From Dimorphilus gyrociliatus (Eukaryota > Animalia > Annelida): a DNA stretch of 64,000 nucleotides. The translations under genes were made by a program, and so were the position numbers. Below are positions 26,875 through 41,833 of this stretch, piece by piece (within the stretch, counting starts at the first letter, position 1; every line of letters begins with the position of its first letter). The stretch lies in the NCBI GenBank assembly GCA_904063045.1, contig CAJFCJ010000028.1, forward strand, positions 496,001-560,000, in the 5' to 3' direction. The notes under the pieces were generated by a model that searched no databases, was not told the origin of the DNA, and was given only the letters and a program-made list of their open reading frames with translations.

Positions 26875-29800
26875 ATGTACTACACAACTCCTCCTCATCC
26901 TACAAATCTGTCAAATGTGACTTTTTTACCGGAAAGGAATGTTTTTAATCTAATAGGTCTAGGAATAATATGTCCCCTCTCGTTAACCGCCAATTCAATA
27001 ACTCTCTTTCAGGTAAAAATATTTAATAACTATATAAGCATCTTCGAACTTATATGAACAATCGGCTAACTACATGATTTGATTATAAGTTGTAATTAGA
27101 TGTAATATTAATCATTTTCTGTTGATTATTGTTAGCTATTATTTTCTTGTCCTTAGGTTTTTAAAGAGAGGAAGAGGCGGTCTGTTGTAAATACTTTGAT
27201 ATTAAATTTGGTCTTTGCCGACCTTGGAATTACTGTTTTCTGTATGTTAGCCGATTTCATTTGGAATTTTACCGTTCAATGGTACGCGGACTTTATTAGC
27301 TGCAAGCTACTCAAGACGCTTCAAAGCAGCTTTCTGTACGCCTCTACTTATAGTGTAGTGGTTATCAGCATAGATAGGATGTTAGCCATTTTGGATCCAT
27401 TGAGAAGAAACAAAGCACCCCGAAGAGCTAAAACTATGATAGGAGTAGCATGGGCTACCAGTATATTTTTCAGTTTGCCCCAGGTTCGTACGCTTTTTTA
27501 TCCTAACTTGGCCATAAACCCATGTCTTTTTATTTTTCCTTTAGTTGGATTATAGAGTAAATAGCGTGCGGATTCAGTTCATATTCAATAGAGTTTTCTA
27601 TTAGGTGTAACGTTATAATTTGTACTTTTCTTTTTGTAATACTTTTCGAATTGTATGAAAAATTATAGAACAGACCTAGCAGAGCATTTACTGGTTATTC
27701 CTCTATTATTAAGCACTAAAAACCAATCATATTCCTCCCTCATAGTATTAACCAATCCAAGATAAATACAGCTTTACAGTAACAATTTCAGTGATGCTTC
27801 ACTGAATCCTGATTGCCTTAATTATATGAGAGAGATTTGACCAGATACTGCAAAACCAAAAAAGTAAAAGAAAAAGTGAAAAAAATAGTCTGGGCTAAAG
27901 GTTTACTCTCAATACTTACAGTGCGATTAGCGTAAAAAGGCGTTCGATCACCTTACCACCAACCCTCTTTATACTTTAACAGCTAGAACTTTTTGTTAAA
28001 TACTGCACAAGTTATCCGGTAAAATGTCAAAAATCTATTTAAAAAGCTTTTTGTGTTGTATATATGTATGAATGCACGTCCACAGTATATACAATAGCTA
28101 TATTAATATATATTAATATATATGTATATATACGCCTATATATTGTATGTACAAGCTTGTTTATGTGTATACGAATATAGCATATTGTATTTAGATTATA
28201 AGAATAATATAAATATTAATATATGAATATGTACAACAAATAAAAAGTCATAAGGGATTTAAACGTACTGTTTGAAATATCTGTTAATTGCTGATGACTA
28301 CAAAAATAGTTTTACAACTATTTATATCAAGACCTTATCTTACTTTCAAATCCCTTATTTCCATAATTACCCTTCTTTATATATTTTATTGTTATTTTTG
28401 TGAGTAAGAGATAAATTAGGATTGTCGTAGTTGTCGCTATTAACAACAAATTCTCTATATTTCAAATATAGGATATGTACTGTATACAGTAAATATGCTA
28501 TATTAGCAGCTATTTATATTAAATATCTATCTATATATTATTATATATAGGTATAACTTATTAATAAAATAATATATATATATATATAGATATATGTAAT
28601 ATACATTTGACGTAAATTTTTTTATGTATATACATTTCTCTTCTTCCTTAATCAGTAGAATTTAAAAGTAATTTTATACAGATTTATACAAAGTACCACT
28701 GTGATCATTATGATCTTACTCCAGTCACGTTTATATTTCCTTTTCTTATATTTTATTTTGACTAAAAAGGAAAATTTTGCTAAACACATTTCTATAACAA
28801 AAATCGATAAAAGTTAACTTTTTGCTAGTTGTAAAGTTTCTATTTGTTGCTTGTATTAAGATGGCTAATATTATTGAAAACAAAAGGATATCAAATTATT
28901 AAAATCTTCTCGATTTTCAATAAACGTCTTTCATATACGTTGCAGCAGTAACAACAAGAAAACTAATTAATGTGGATATTAGAGAGAGAGAAAGAGAGAG
29001 AGAGAGAGATAACCAATACTTTTAATTTATGATAAAGGTACACGTAATTTTAAACTTCTTGAGAGAGAATTTTTTTAAATTTAGCTTTAAGTTTGATTAA
29101 ATTCTATTTCTTGATATTTTCCTTGTTACTTTACAGTATCTGTTGCAGTTGATTAACTATTTAGTTTTTTATTTTCTACTGATTTAAAAGATTTAATTAT
29201 ATTTTTTATTTTGTCTTCTTAAAAGAACGTCAAAGACGTTTAAATTTGATAAATGTGATAGAATTAATGCCATCTTTACGTGCCTAAATTCTAGCTTATA
29301 CGTTGTACAAACAACGGAAATAACATCAAAAGTGCCTCTATTTTAAAAGCAAACTCATCTATTATATTTTATAGTTTTGTGTGCGTTTTTTGTTGTGTTT
29401 CTATCTTTAGGAAGCATACTCTCTCAAATTTACTCCAATTTTTTTTTATTATAATTTTCTTGCAGATCATATTTTTTTATGATAACAAAAAAAAAAGAGA
29501 AAGAAATTTTTGGTATTTCATCCAGTTGTTTATCGTCAAAAGTGCAGACTTTATAAAAGAAAACGTAAGAAGTTTAGAGAGTCTCTATTAAAAATCTTTT
29601 TTTATAAAACATCTCTATAAACACTTTAATACGACATTTTCAAAGATAAATTAGATAAACAACAACTTAAGAATTTCTTCGCTTTTTCCTATTATTTATG
29701 AGCCTTTATAGACTAAAATGAACATTGCATAATATTCAGGTTATACGAGTAGGCTTATTGATGCCCAGTAGTAAGAAATTTAGATATATCAGAATACTAG

Positions 29801-31926
29801 CCTTGTGAACTTTGCCACTAAAAGCTACTTCAGTAAACGTTTTACTTTCAGAAGTAAGATTAATGTTTATCAATTTAATTGCGCAATTACTATTAATGAA
29901 TTATACAAATAATGGGTACTGCAATCCTCTTTAAATAGCTTTTTAAAAAAAGTAGCTAATTGAAAAAGATGGGTCATTATACGTAAGAAATAGTTAATGA
30001 ATATAGTACATATCTGGTGACCTCATTATAAATATAGAAATAACGTAGAATAAAATAAAGTGCCGTTTTATGAGCAATTTATATTCGGAAACGCTTCATT
30101 TATAGTATTTCATCCATCATGATGTTTCATTTGGTTTTGGGGATAAAATTAAAGATAATATTGAAATATATGTTAGCATATATACTGTATATACAGTATA
30201 TATATATATAATAGTTGAAATTCCAATAAAATATAATTTATGATGGTACATGTTCTTTATGCAATAAGAGTATAGTTCGTATTTCTAACGGTATATGCGG
30301 TTTATACAGTATGTATAATTTATCTACACTTATTATAGATATCTCTATATATCTATATATGCAAGTTTTAACCAGTTCTATAACTCTCTTCCATTAACTA
30401 TGCTCGAAATAAATATAAAAAAACACATAAACTGAACAAAAAACCATTTTAGAAGAGAGTATTTAGTCGACTAGCCGAATGTAGACAATTGTTCTTGCAG
30501 ATAGTAGTATATTGACTCAAGTCAAACTATCTCGTTAAAATAAACAAGTTGTGAAAAATGAATAGAGAAAAATAATCGGCTACCGTTATTATTTACCGTT
30601 AAACGAAACGTCAGTAGGGGAAATGGCGCTAGTTAAATAGTCCATTCTATTTATATAAGTTATCATCAAATCACTTTTATAATAGTCAATGCAATTAGGA
30701 GAATGAAAAAGACTGAAATTTAATGAAAATTTTTAAGAATTGAACAAAATAATATGATACTTAGTGATAATACAATACTCGATGAAGCGCAAAGCTATTT
30801 AATAAGCGTAAAAATACCAATAACAAATGCAATCTAATAGAGAAGTATAGGGTTAAAATGAGGGGAAAATTAGATAAGATTTCAGAATAAAATAGAGATA
30901 TTGATACACGTAGAATTTTAGTCTTTATCCAATTTTTATCTTCTTATTTCTGTCGATTCCTAATCTTTATGTCAATCTTTTTCCTCTCTCCCCTTCTCCC
31001 CTCTCTCTCTCTCTCTCACTCACTCACTCACTTTCTATATCTCTCCTCTCTCTTGTATAGAGGTTGTTTATCTCTCCTTATTTTGCTTTTCCCCTGAAAA
31101 TTTTCTATTGCGCCACTGGAAAACTTGATAAAAAATTGGAATAAAAGCAAACCATAAATACACCTGTGTAAATAGAATATACAGGATATTATTTCGTTCT
31201 AAAGACATAAGTTATTAATAAAAATATGAATAATAATTGTTATTGCTTATGGAAAAATAATAGTTAGAAAGCTCCTGCCAAAATGAACTATTGGATCTAT
31301 TCTGAATCGGGAAAATATCGGAAATTTAATTAAATAGCCTAAAGAATTTCTAATTAATGATAAACTAGTGAACAAAATCAAATAAAGTAATAATGGAGAT
31401 ACCCTATAAAAGTCAGGCGTCTAGTCATTTGAACTCTCGAAGGACGTTTGTAAATTTCCCCCATGAAATTATTAGGTTTATTTTAACAGAATATACTTGA
31501 ATTCACCTTTACGATTGATTAAACAGCTTAAGAAAGATTTTTAAATCCAACGTTTAACTCTATCCTCTCGATCTTCTTTTGCATCCTATGTTGTCGCTTA
31601 AATTAAATTCAGTAATTCAATGATCAAGTTAATTTACATGTTCATACGTAATTTAGACTATTTTACCTTATTTTTTGTATAAGGGGAATGGGAATAAAAC
31701 ACCAGCTATAGAGACGTGTGTGGAATATAGCAATATCGTTTAACAAGCATTATCCAGCAGAATTTTCTTTTATTTGTTTTGTTCTTCCTAATATCACTGA
31801 TTATTATTTTCATTTTTGTATTCCATGAATAGTCCATACTTTTCTTCTTTTTCTTCCTTTATCTCCCCTCCCCCCTCCCCACTCTCTCTAGCTGTCTGTC
31901 TCTATGTCTGTTTCTTCGTCTATTAT

Positions 31927-31966
<40 letters not shown>

Positions 31967-34010
31967 TCCACTTTTCCCTCATCTTCACCCTCGAGCACTT
32001 ATAGGAAAACTCAAACAGATATATAAATATATATATATATACTGTATATATTAGTATATATATTTATAGACGATACATATAATATATATATAAAGATGTC
32101 TTTTCTCTACATATATCTCTAAACGCTCTCTTACTTTCCATATTCGTCATTCACTCTCCTCTCTTTCCTCCCACTCCCCCTATCAATTTGTAGGCCTATC
32201 AAGTTTTATTATAAGATGGATATTTTAAGAAAAAATATACCGTTTTGTTACTTTCTTTTCATCAAGTATTTTAGTGAAAGCGAGATTATTTTAAAACATG
32301 TTTATAGGCTGAAATTATATATCTTGATGATATTTCCATTTAAGATAAGAGTATAAAAAATATGTTTTATATATTATCTTAGCATCAAACTCTTTTCAGC
32401 TTTATTATTCTAGAGGCTATGAGTAGAGAATATCATTTTTTCTTACTTTCCAAGAAAGTATTTTTATATTTATACATTTTTCTAAAGCTTTAAATAATTA
32501 ACTAAAGAATCATTGAGAGACGTAATGCTCATAAATAATTAGTCTATCAATAAATTTGATGATAACACTGTTAACATATTTAGAGAAATTGAAAATAGGC
32601 AAGAAGTGGGATAATTTAGATTTAGAGTAATTTCTAATTAATAGATCAAGCTGATTCATTAAGAAGAGATTGTATAAATACAAGATATTTATATATGTCA
32701 AAGAAGAATTATATCTGATATTAGATATTTTCGTTTTGCAGGCGTTCATCTTTACTATCGAGCCTCATCCATACAACAATGATTTCTACCAATGCAGAAC
32801 GCCATCGGGGAAAAAGTACAAGTCTTACACCATCTTCTCAATTATCACAATTTTCATCATACCCCTGGCAATAATGCTGACAGCATATCTGCTTATCTTT
32901 TGTACAATCGTTCGAAAATCGAGAGATTTTCAACAAGGTTTGAAAGTCTAATATCTATATTTTATAATCTGTACTTTCGCTTTATTGAAATTACAATAAT
33001 TTATTATTTAAATGCAATCGGACATTAAAGGTTAAAATAGGGTACTGACCTTAAAAACTCTCTTATGTAGGATTTACAGAATGCAATTTGATTGAGAGAT
33101 CTCCCTCTTACTTTCTCGTTTTCCCCTTTCCTTGAATAGTTTTAAGGCAGAGGAAAAGATGTAAAGAGAAGTAGGAAACAGCAAGAAAATTGGCGTTAAA
33201 ATTTTTAATAGAAAAGAAAATGAGCTAAAAGTAAAATTGAAAGAGATGTGACAATGGAAAGAAATTAGTAGGCACTAATATTTAAGAACAGTGATAAACA
33301 ACTTGTCAATAAAGAGTAAGAAACTAGAACGGAATGAAAAATGGAAATATAATACATTTATAGAATTTAAATCTTTTTTTCTGATTGCTCATAGAATAAT
33401 TATATAGCTTAGTGAGATGAATTGAGATATTGAGCTATTGATTTGACGAATTCCCACGACTCAAAGACAACTTTTTTTCATTCATAAGTCGTTCCTCAAA
33501 GCTACTGATGGGAGAAAAAAATTGTATAAGACCAAGAGATATCCATCTAGAAGAGAAATCATTTAAAAAATAAACATTCCTGTGTTAAATAAACATGGCG
33601 AACTGTAATATATATATGTATATATACTGCAGTGGCCATATATAATATATAATATCTATACATATATATTAGTATATGCTCATATATACATGCATTAAAA
33701 CTTTATATAAAGTGTATTTATATCACATTAATTCAATAAGTTTCTACTGATTACATGCGTAAATATAGTTAACGATATATAATGATTATATACAATATAT
33801 AGGAGAATGTTTATAAACAAAGATTAGTTTATTTAGATTTTCGCATAAATTTAGAAAGTAACACGTTTCATCACAAATTTTTACGAAAATTCTATTGCAG
33901 AATATAATCAACTGCAATTTTCTAGCTAACGCTAGAATTAACGAATAGAATTTGTCTATTCTCACAAGACTTAAAAAAAGATCTTGGAAAGATCTTGGTT
34001 TGTACTGTAT

Positions 34011-34046
<36 letters not shown>

Positions 34047-36625
34047 GTATTAAGATAAAAATAAGCTCATTTATTGCCATTTAACCGTTTCAATAATTTT
34101 GTGGTCCGATTTAGTTGACATTTAGGAATATGTATTCTAATATCCGTTTAGTTGGTAAATTTGTTAATTCATATGTCAAGAAAAGGAAGACATTTTTAAA
34201 AAAAAATGTATATCAACTTACTTTTATTAGATACGATCTCCGTTTCATCAGCAACTTCCGACTTACTGCAAACAACCAAGATGAGCAAGCAGACTTCAAC
34301 ATGGAGAGGCCAGGTGTTTCATAAAGCTAAGGTGAAATCTCTAAAGATGACTGCCTTTATTGTAGCAGCCTTTGTCGTTTGTTGGACGCCTTATTACGTC
34401 GTCTACGTTTACATTACTTTTTCAAGATTAAGTGAAATAGAAAAGAACCTTAGCTGGCTGGCGCTTTTCGCCAACTCCAACTGCTTACTAAATCCACTAA
34501 TTTATGGAGCATTTCATATAGTTAAGAGGAGAAAAGAGAAGAGGAATCAAAGACGGTACGTAATCAACATATTAGCAAATGTATTTTATCAACCATCCAA
34601 TCAATATCGACTATTTCACTCCTGACTAAGGATAATTCTGGCTTTTTCTTAAGTTTATAATTGAAATACTTTAATGGCAATAATTTGAATGAAAAAAATA
34701 GTTACCCTTTATCGGTATTCTACTCAGAGTTTGACTGATTTTGTCATGGTGAGAAAACCGATGAAGTGAAAACGGTGGTTGAAAGTGTTAGGAATAATAG
34801 TGGATGAGAAAAGTTGAACTAAAGCCTTCCCTATCCTTAAAAGTCTGATAAAGTGGTCTTGATGAAAATAAGCTAGGAATCGATAATCACAGCGCTTCTG
34901 AATTAATTAAACAAATTCATAATTTAGGAAAAAAAACTCTTTTATATTTTAAGATGCCCTCTTACAACAATATTTATTCCATCACTTTTGAGGAAAATCA
35001 AAGAGAGCGTTTATTATCTTCTTAGACTTCTTATCATTTAGGTCTATCTCTTTTAAAGAGTGAGAGAAAGCTTTACGATGTTATAGAAAGGCCAATATGC
35101 TTTTTGTATTGAGTTTAACAATTTTTCTTTGTTTCTTCAATTTCCGCAAAAAACAGAGACGAACATATAATAGGTACTTATCAGTTTAATAATACTGTCA
35201 TGAATAATTTAGTTACATATATTAAGCGTTATTAATTCCTCCAGATGGCACTTACATGAACAATTAACAATAAATCAGAAAAAACGATATTTGCTTTCAT
35301 CCAAGTTTATTTTATCAGAAAAAATTATTATGGACTTTTTATTCTATTTTGAATTAAGCAGATCTTTTACATTCCTTCTCTTTTTCACGATTTTTTTCTT
35401 CGAATAATCTATTTAGCCATAATCAATACTCTCCATTCGAAATCTAATTTTATAGAAAAAACACGGCATTAAATAAGTCAAAACAGTTGGAGAAAGTAGG
35501 TTAGGACACATCTAAAATTAGGCAACAGAAAATCCATGTTCCTGCTCGGTATCCCTTTCGATAAGTATTGCTGTAATTAGTAAAAGTATTTCCGCTATTT
35601 CAAATAGGAAGAAATTTTTAGAAAAGATCAATCATACGTTTGCTTTCTATCCCTCTATCTAGTTCTCTCTATCCTTTTCTAGCTCTTTCGCTCCTACTTC
35701 TTCTTGCCTTTGCTTTCAGGTCTTCCACCCGCCCCTATTTCTTTTTTGTTTTTTTTTTGATAAATAGTAGTGTCATTTTTTTCTGATATCTCTTATATCA
35801 TTTTCGAAGCACCTGTCATTAATATTTCTTCTTTGAACGCAATCTAATTTTTTTCGTATACTTTTGTTGCGAAAGAAGAAGGAGGAAAAAAAAACTTGGT
35901 ATAACTAATTGAGAATTAATAAAGATATATATTATGATAAAAAAGAATACGGGAATCCTTACAAAAATTGACAATATTCCTTAATTACTGCACAAAAATT
36001 AACTAACAGGTATGCCAATATCATTCTTTTATCAATTTATATATAGTATAAGATTGCGTTTATGCTATCTATAGTAAGAAGAGTAATATAAAGTTTCTGA
36101 AAGAATTACTTATTAAGGTTAAAAGAACTTCTATCTCTCTCTTTCTCTCTCTCCTTCTCACTTACTCACTTACTCACTTACTCACTCACTCTTTCTCTCT
36201 CACCCTCCCTCTCTGTCTCTTTTTATCATTGTATTTCTAACACTCCCATGCTTTTATTATTATTCTCTTTCTATCCATGTCTACACAAATACACAGTAAA
36301 TATATACCTCATGTTTTCTTTAGCTATTTTATTCAAGAGCACTTTTTTTAGAGGTAAAATCTAACTGGCATATTTCGAAAGAGAAAACTTGAACTCCTTT
36401 CATTAAATATTTAGCGAAAACAGAAACATAAAGAGGATGAGTATAATATAAAATCTATTCCATTACAACAGAATGCAAATGATAGCTGCTCCCCAAAACG
36501 AATCGAATAATAGGCGACGTTTGGCCGAAACTCCAATAGACAAAGTGACGCTTAACACTAGACTGACGCCGGTAACAACACCAAATCATCAAGTTTTAAC
36601 TTACGGCTTTAATAAACGCGAATAA
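26875..36625 (+). CDS. CrzR: Corazonin-type receptor (GnRH/AKH/Crz class A GPCR), ~379 aa
   Basis: Exons 26875-27012, 27157-27483, 32742-32937, 34231-34555, 36472-36625 (1140 nt). LVFADL, CKLLKTLQ (K3.29/Q3.32), SIDR, SLPQ, FYQC, KAKVKSLKMT, CWTPYY, NPLIYG. Q3.32 and KAKxKSL favour the corazonin branch over AKHR. Confidence 0.85.
31929..31964. repeat. (AT)n microsatellite
   Basis: Direct reading. Similar tracts near 26138, 34014, 36723 and 40363. Confidence 0.95.
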
Positions 36626-38063
36626 ATTGGAGTATAAAAGAGTATAAATTTATGTGTGTATGTGTGTGATGGATAAAACAGTAGTGCATCCGTTATTTGT
36701 AAAACTTAATGTATTGGTCTAAATATATATATATATATATATATATATCTAATATATATATATTTTAATGCATATGTATGAATTAATAGAAAGATGAACA
36801 AATGTAAAGAGAAAGTGCTTTTTTTTATTTAAAAGAAGACGAAGGAATAAATTTTTGCACAGTCTATTCCAAAACAGAAAAATTTACGTTTTTCCTTAAA
36901 ATCATCATCTTATATAACAAAAATCATCAATAGAGAGGATGGAAGAAGGACAAAGAAGACCGAACGTGAAAGGAACGTAAGATTATACCACTTAAAACTT
37001 TTATCAGGTGGCTAAATAACATCTTAATTTTCGGATAATCTTCATGTAGTGTATATATTAAGAGTGCTTACTAATAGAGTCTATAACATACAGTTTATTG
37101 TTAATATATGCATAGAAAAATAAGAATTTCTTATACAGAATATATTCGAAATGCACCAAGTTGAGAACAGAGCATGATTGCTTTTTTAAATACGATTGGT
37201 AGACACAAATTTAAATGTTAAATGCTAAATAAAACTTAATCTAAGGAAGTAAAAATCTTCAATTCGAGAAAGTTAGAGAACCAACTTAAACTATTTATCA
37301 AGGGAAGTCATCTTAGGCGAACATGCTATTCATTGAAATGGATCAGGACAGAGCGTATGACACCTTGTACATCTATACTTGTAATGCATGATCATATTTA
37401 TACAAATAACAATAGGGCAGCTTATTCTTTTTGCCTTAACAAGGTGTATTTTTTATTGTTTTTTCAAGGAACTAAAATCAGTACGATGGACAATAGGTTG
37501 CCTGGGCCAATATCATTATTGTAATTAATTGAAAGACAGAGACAATATTAGAGAAAGATTTTTTAAGAATTCTTTATACAAGTTTCTAAGGTTATACTTC
37601 TTTTATAGATGTTATATTTATTTTCCTTTTAATAAAAAAATCAACTAGTACGAAACGGAACGGAACGAAAGAAACAGCTATAAAAATGCTTGATTCATGG
37701 CTATTAATTAGGTCAACTATATATTGTATATAAATATATTTGTTGTCCAATGTACCCTTTAAAATCTAATATTATAGTTTATTATTAATAATACACACCT
37801 AACTATTGTATATTTACCAATAGATCGTATTTTGTACATTCAGCTAATTGCTTGAAAATATACTGCCTATTATTTCTTTATAGCTAAGAACAAATATAAA
37901 CATTTCTTTACAATCTATCTAATTTCTACCATCTTTTCTTAGTACAACATTTAAAAATATCTTATTGTTCAATATGCTAAATAAAATCAATTATTTTATT
38001 ACATAATTTATACTAATATGTTAATTATTTATTTTATATGAATAGAGGGCGAGAATGGGAAGA

Positions 38064-38099
38064 GGCGGAGGAGGAGTAGGAGGAGGAGGAGGCGGAGGA
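38064..38099. repeat. Imperfect (GGA)n tract
   Basis: ggcggaggaggagtaggaggaggaggaggcggagga, next to a CTCF-like site at 38042. Confidence 0.85.
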
Positions 38100-39542
38100 A
38101 ATATGATTTTTTTATTCCAGTATTAATGCAAATTAATACTAGTGAAAAATAAGAAGAAAATAGAATTAATATTATTTTGACACCTTTTTTAGGTACTAAA
38201 ATATGAATAGATTCTCAGCATTCTGTCCTATTCCGCTTCTACTTTCATTCTATTGTAACTAAAAATTTAGCTTTTTAAAGGGAAAAAGCATCACTAAATA
38301 AATATTTTCCATACATTATTAATTATAAATTCTGGAAAATAGAAAAAAGAACTCCCCCCTCCCTCCCTTAAAAGGTTATTCTCTTTTATATTACAATATA
38401 ATAATTCGTTTTTATAACTATATTAAATAATAACAAGTTAAAACTGAAAGAATGATGAATAAACAATTTATTAAATAATCTAATGTATATCAATAAACGC
38501 TATTAGTATATATTAGATTAATCGATTTGTATGTACACGTATAATAAGAGACTATAATAGAAATTTGTTTTTTCTTTTTATTATAAAAGTCATTTAACTT
38601 TATGAATGATTCTTTCATTTAAAGACAACATGAAGCGAATGTGAATAGGAAGAAATACCTCATTCTAACTTGTTTTTCCCATATTAAATGTATATATCTA
38701 TATATACTGTATATAAATATATATATATATATATCTACTGTACAATAATATATACTTAATATATACACTATACATCTTCAGACATTGACCTCAGTACTAG
38801 TTCTAGTAGATTTTTATACACCATTTATATCTTGCAAGTATTAACTAAATATTTAAAGGGAAAATGGAGAAAATTTATTAAGCAACTTAGTTAATTGTAA
38901 AAATTTCTTATATTTCTCCTTTTGCAATAAAGAAAGAAAATTTTGTTTCTTTTCCTATAAATTTAAATTCTATATTTGAATATAATACATAAAAAATATA
39001 AATTAAGGTATTGCGGATAATATCTAATAGATATTTCTTCTCTTAAATCTAATTCTTCTTCGTTTTTTCCTTCTGTCGATTTGCTCTGTAAACTTAATAT
39101 ATCAATAATTTCTATTCGTGTCCCACCTTCTATTCATCTATCCTATGCGAAAAACGAGAAAATATAAACGAAGTGGCTACATTGAAACTTTCTTAAGATT
39201 GTTCTAATTGCACTATTTTTTGAATGTTTTGGGAAAACTTTTCTTAATCAACCCATCTTCAATAGAATATCATGACGAATAGGAAGGACAAAATCATGCC
39301 CTTTTCGTTTTTCTACAATCCGCCTAGATCCTTTGTTATAAATATTTCGACTTATTTATATTCTTGATATTAACAACAACTTTATATAGCATAGACTTTT
39401 CAAACGTATGTTAGTTAATTAGTAGTTTATCGATTTGAGAGGACGAGAAAGAGAGCGATACGAGAAGGGCAAAAGTAGAACTAGAAAAGCACACAAAGAG
39501 AACAAGTGACACGCATACAGAAAGAGAGACAGACAGACAGAC

Positions 39543-39546
<4 letters not shown>

Positions 39547-39576
<30 letters not shown>
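39547..39576. repeat. (GA)n microsatellite
   Basis: Direct reading. Other GA/CT tracts near 3126, 28981, 31000, 40766, 43196 and 55875. Confidence 0.9.
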
Positions 39577-39581
<5 letters not shown>

Positions 39582-41833
39582 GAGAAAAAAATACCAATAT
39601 TTTGGAATAAAATTGTTTTTCTTTCTCTACTTCATACTAATGTGCGAAATCTGAGACTAGAAGAATAAAGTGATCACAAAGAGGCGCTATAAAAGAGTTT
39701 AGCCTTGAGTTCTTTTCTTTTTGAACATAATAAAAGGCAGTTTTCTTATTATTAATTTAGGGGGATAACAAATGCCAATAAGAACTTCATGGGATCTCTA
39801 GAAAGTTGCAAGTTTTATTAAAAAACGTCTCAATGGAAGTGAACCACCAATAGCCTTTTGTTAAAAATTTATTACAAACATATTCCTATACTTCTCTTTC
39901 TACAGCAAAGTTTGCAATTAATAAATAGAAAGGAAAAATTATCAATCAATTTCTCAGTTATAACAAACTACATTGTATTATTTCTCAACTTTTTTTTTGA
40001 GATCACACGTAACATTGCAATATGTCATGCCCTCTGTTGTTTTTATCTAGTACTAATCCTGTAACATAAACTACATTAGAACAAAATTTGATGTTAAGAA
40101 ATATCCTTTAGATGGCGTAGCGATTTTAGTATCGTTCATTGAAAATATATACAATTAGATAAACTGATGAAAACAATACAACCAATTAGTATCGTTACTT
40201 TTTTCACTTATTAATTAATAAAGTTTCCTATTTAACTATAGAAATAAATCCTAAAAGTTAACATAATTAGAAATAAATAGTGCATAAATACTAATATATT
40301 TAGGAAAAATAATGATAAATCACGAAATATATTAGTGTGCAAACACGCAAATATATTAATGTATATATATATATATATATATATATTAATATATGTTATA
40401 TATTATTTATCTATTTGTATATGTAAATAATACTTTCGATAATTATTCAAAAATGGAAAAAAAAGCTGTTAAGAAAATTGTTAAACTAATATATAACAAT
40501 AGTAATTTTATATAAAAGGAACAAAATTAAAGAAATATTGACTTTTATATTATATTTATCTATAGAATAAATCTTTTCATTTTAATTTGTGAATTTTTTT
40601 TCTTTTTAAATTTAATAACAAAGTATTATTATTAATATTTTAATACAGTAATAATTAATTTTCGTTCTGTACTCCATACTTACAAGTATTTCTTTATTTT
40701 CGTGAAAATTAATTATTAATTGAATGGCTTTATTGTATTTTTAGTTATCATTCTATTTATTATGTTCTCTCTCTCTCTCTCTCTCTCTTTTTCGTAGATA
40801 TTTTACTCAAGTTTAAACAAAAATTCACGTTAATTATTCCTTAGCTCTTAGCTATTATTCTTATAAAAAAAGAAAAGAAAATAGGTACTTCCTGTTCTCT
40901 CTCTTCTTTTTTTTGAAATATGGATTACGTGATGGAAAATGAAGAAAATAAAATATACAAAATATTCAAAGTCTTTCTTCATTTCGCTTCCTTTACCTTT
41001 CTACTAAATTGGTTTATGTATAATAGAGAGGTATGATAAAATAAAAATAGTAATAGATTACTTCCCCCCCCCTCCCCCCGTCCCCCTCCCAATAACTATT
41101 ATGAAAATATGCGTATTTACTAGTCTATATAGTCTAAGGTGGAAGGAAAGTGTAAAACAAAACAAGTATCCCTTAAATAAGAAAGTAAGAGTATAATAGG
41201 GGAAAAAACATAAAGAAAAGAAAATTCGGTGAAGCGTAAAAGATGGACGAATGATTTTGTATTAGCATTGGCGATACTTTTCCTTTTAACTAAAAGTTCA
41301 TGACCACACAAAAATTTTGTAGAATCTATTTATAACAAACAAGAAAAAATAAAAGAATAGAGAAATTTTCCTCTAGTTTTCTTCCTCTCTTTTGATCATT
41401 TATTAATTAAGATAATTCATTATGTTTAATACATTGTTGAAAAATTGTTTGATTTAACTAGAAATAATAAATGAAGAATATATAGGAGGTTTCTCTTGTA
41501 GATGATAAAGAGCCCATTATACTACACATATATTTGTATTGTAATTTATGACCATACCTATCAACCATATAGCAACTTCTCTTTACATGTCAATAGCTTT
41601 GATTTCTTAGAAATCGTCTTTCTACCCTTCTACTGCACTGTAATGTAACAACGTTACTTATCTTACAATATTATTTTCAATATTTCCTTTCTTTTACTAT
41701 AATTCAATATACATTTATCATTACACTATTATACGTATTATATAATATACTAAAGTTGAGTAGTGTAACTTGAGTATTTAATCAGTGCCTGTTAAAAGTT
41801 TAGTACTTTATCGCCACTGCGAACCTGGAGAAG

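Noticed and set aside
35190-35200. 11-nt match to the miR-8/200 5' end (and a miR-375-like 11-mer at 60911-60921)
   Set aside because: The match stops after 11 nt and there is no pre-miRNA hairpin.
36935-37016. Phase-compatible alternative last exon for the receptor (EDGRRTKKTERERNVRLYHLKLLSGG-stop)
   Set aside because: Weak pyrimidine tract; 36472-36625 is the better-supported terminal exon.
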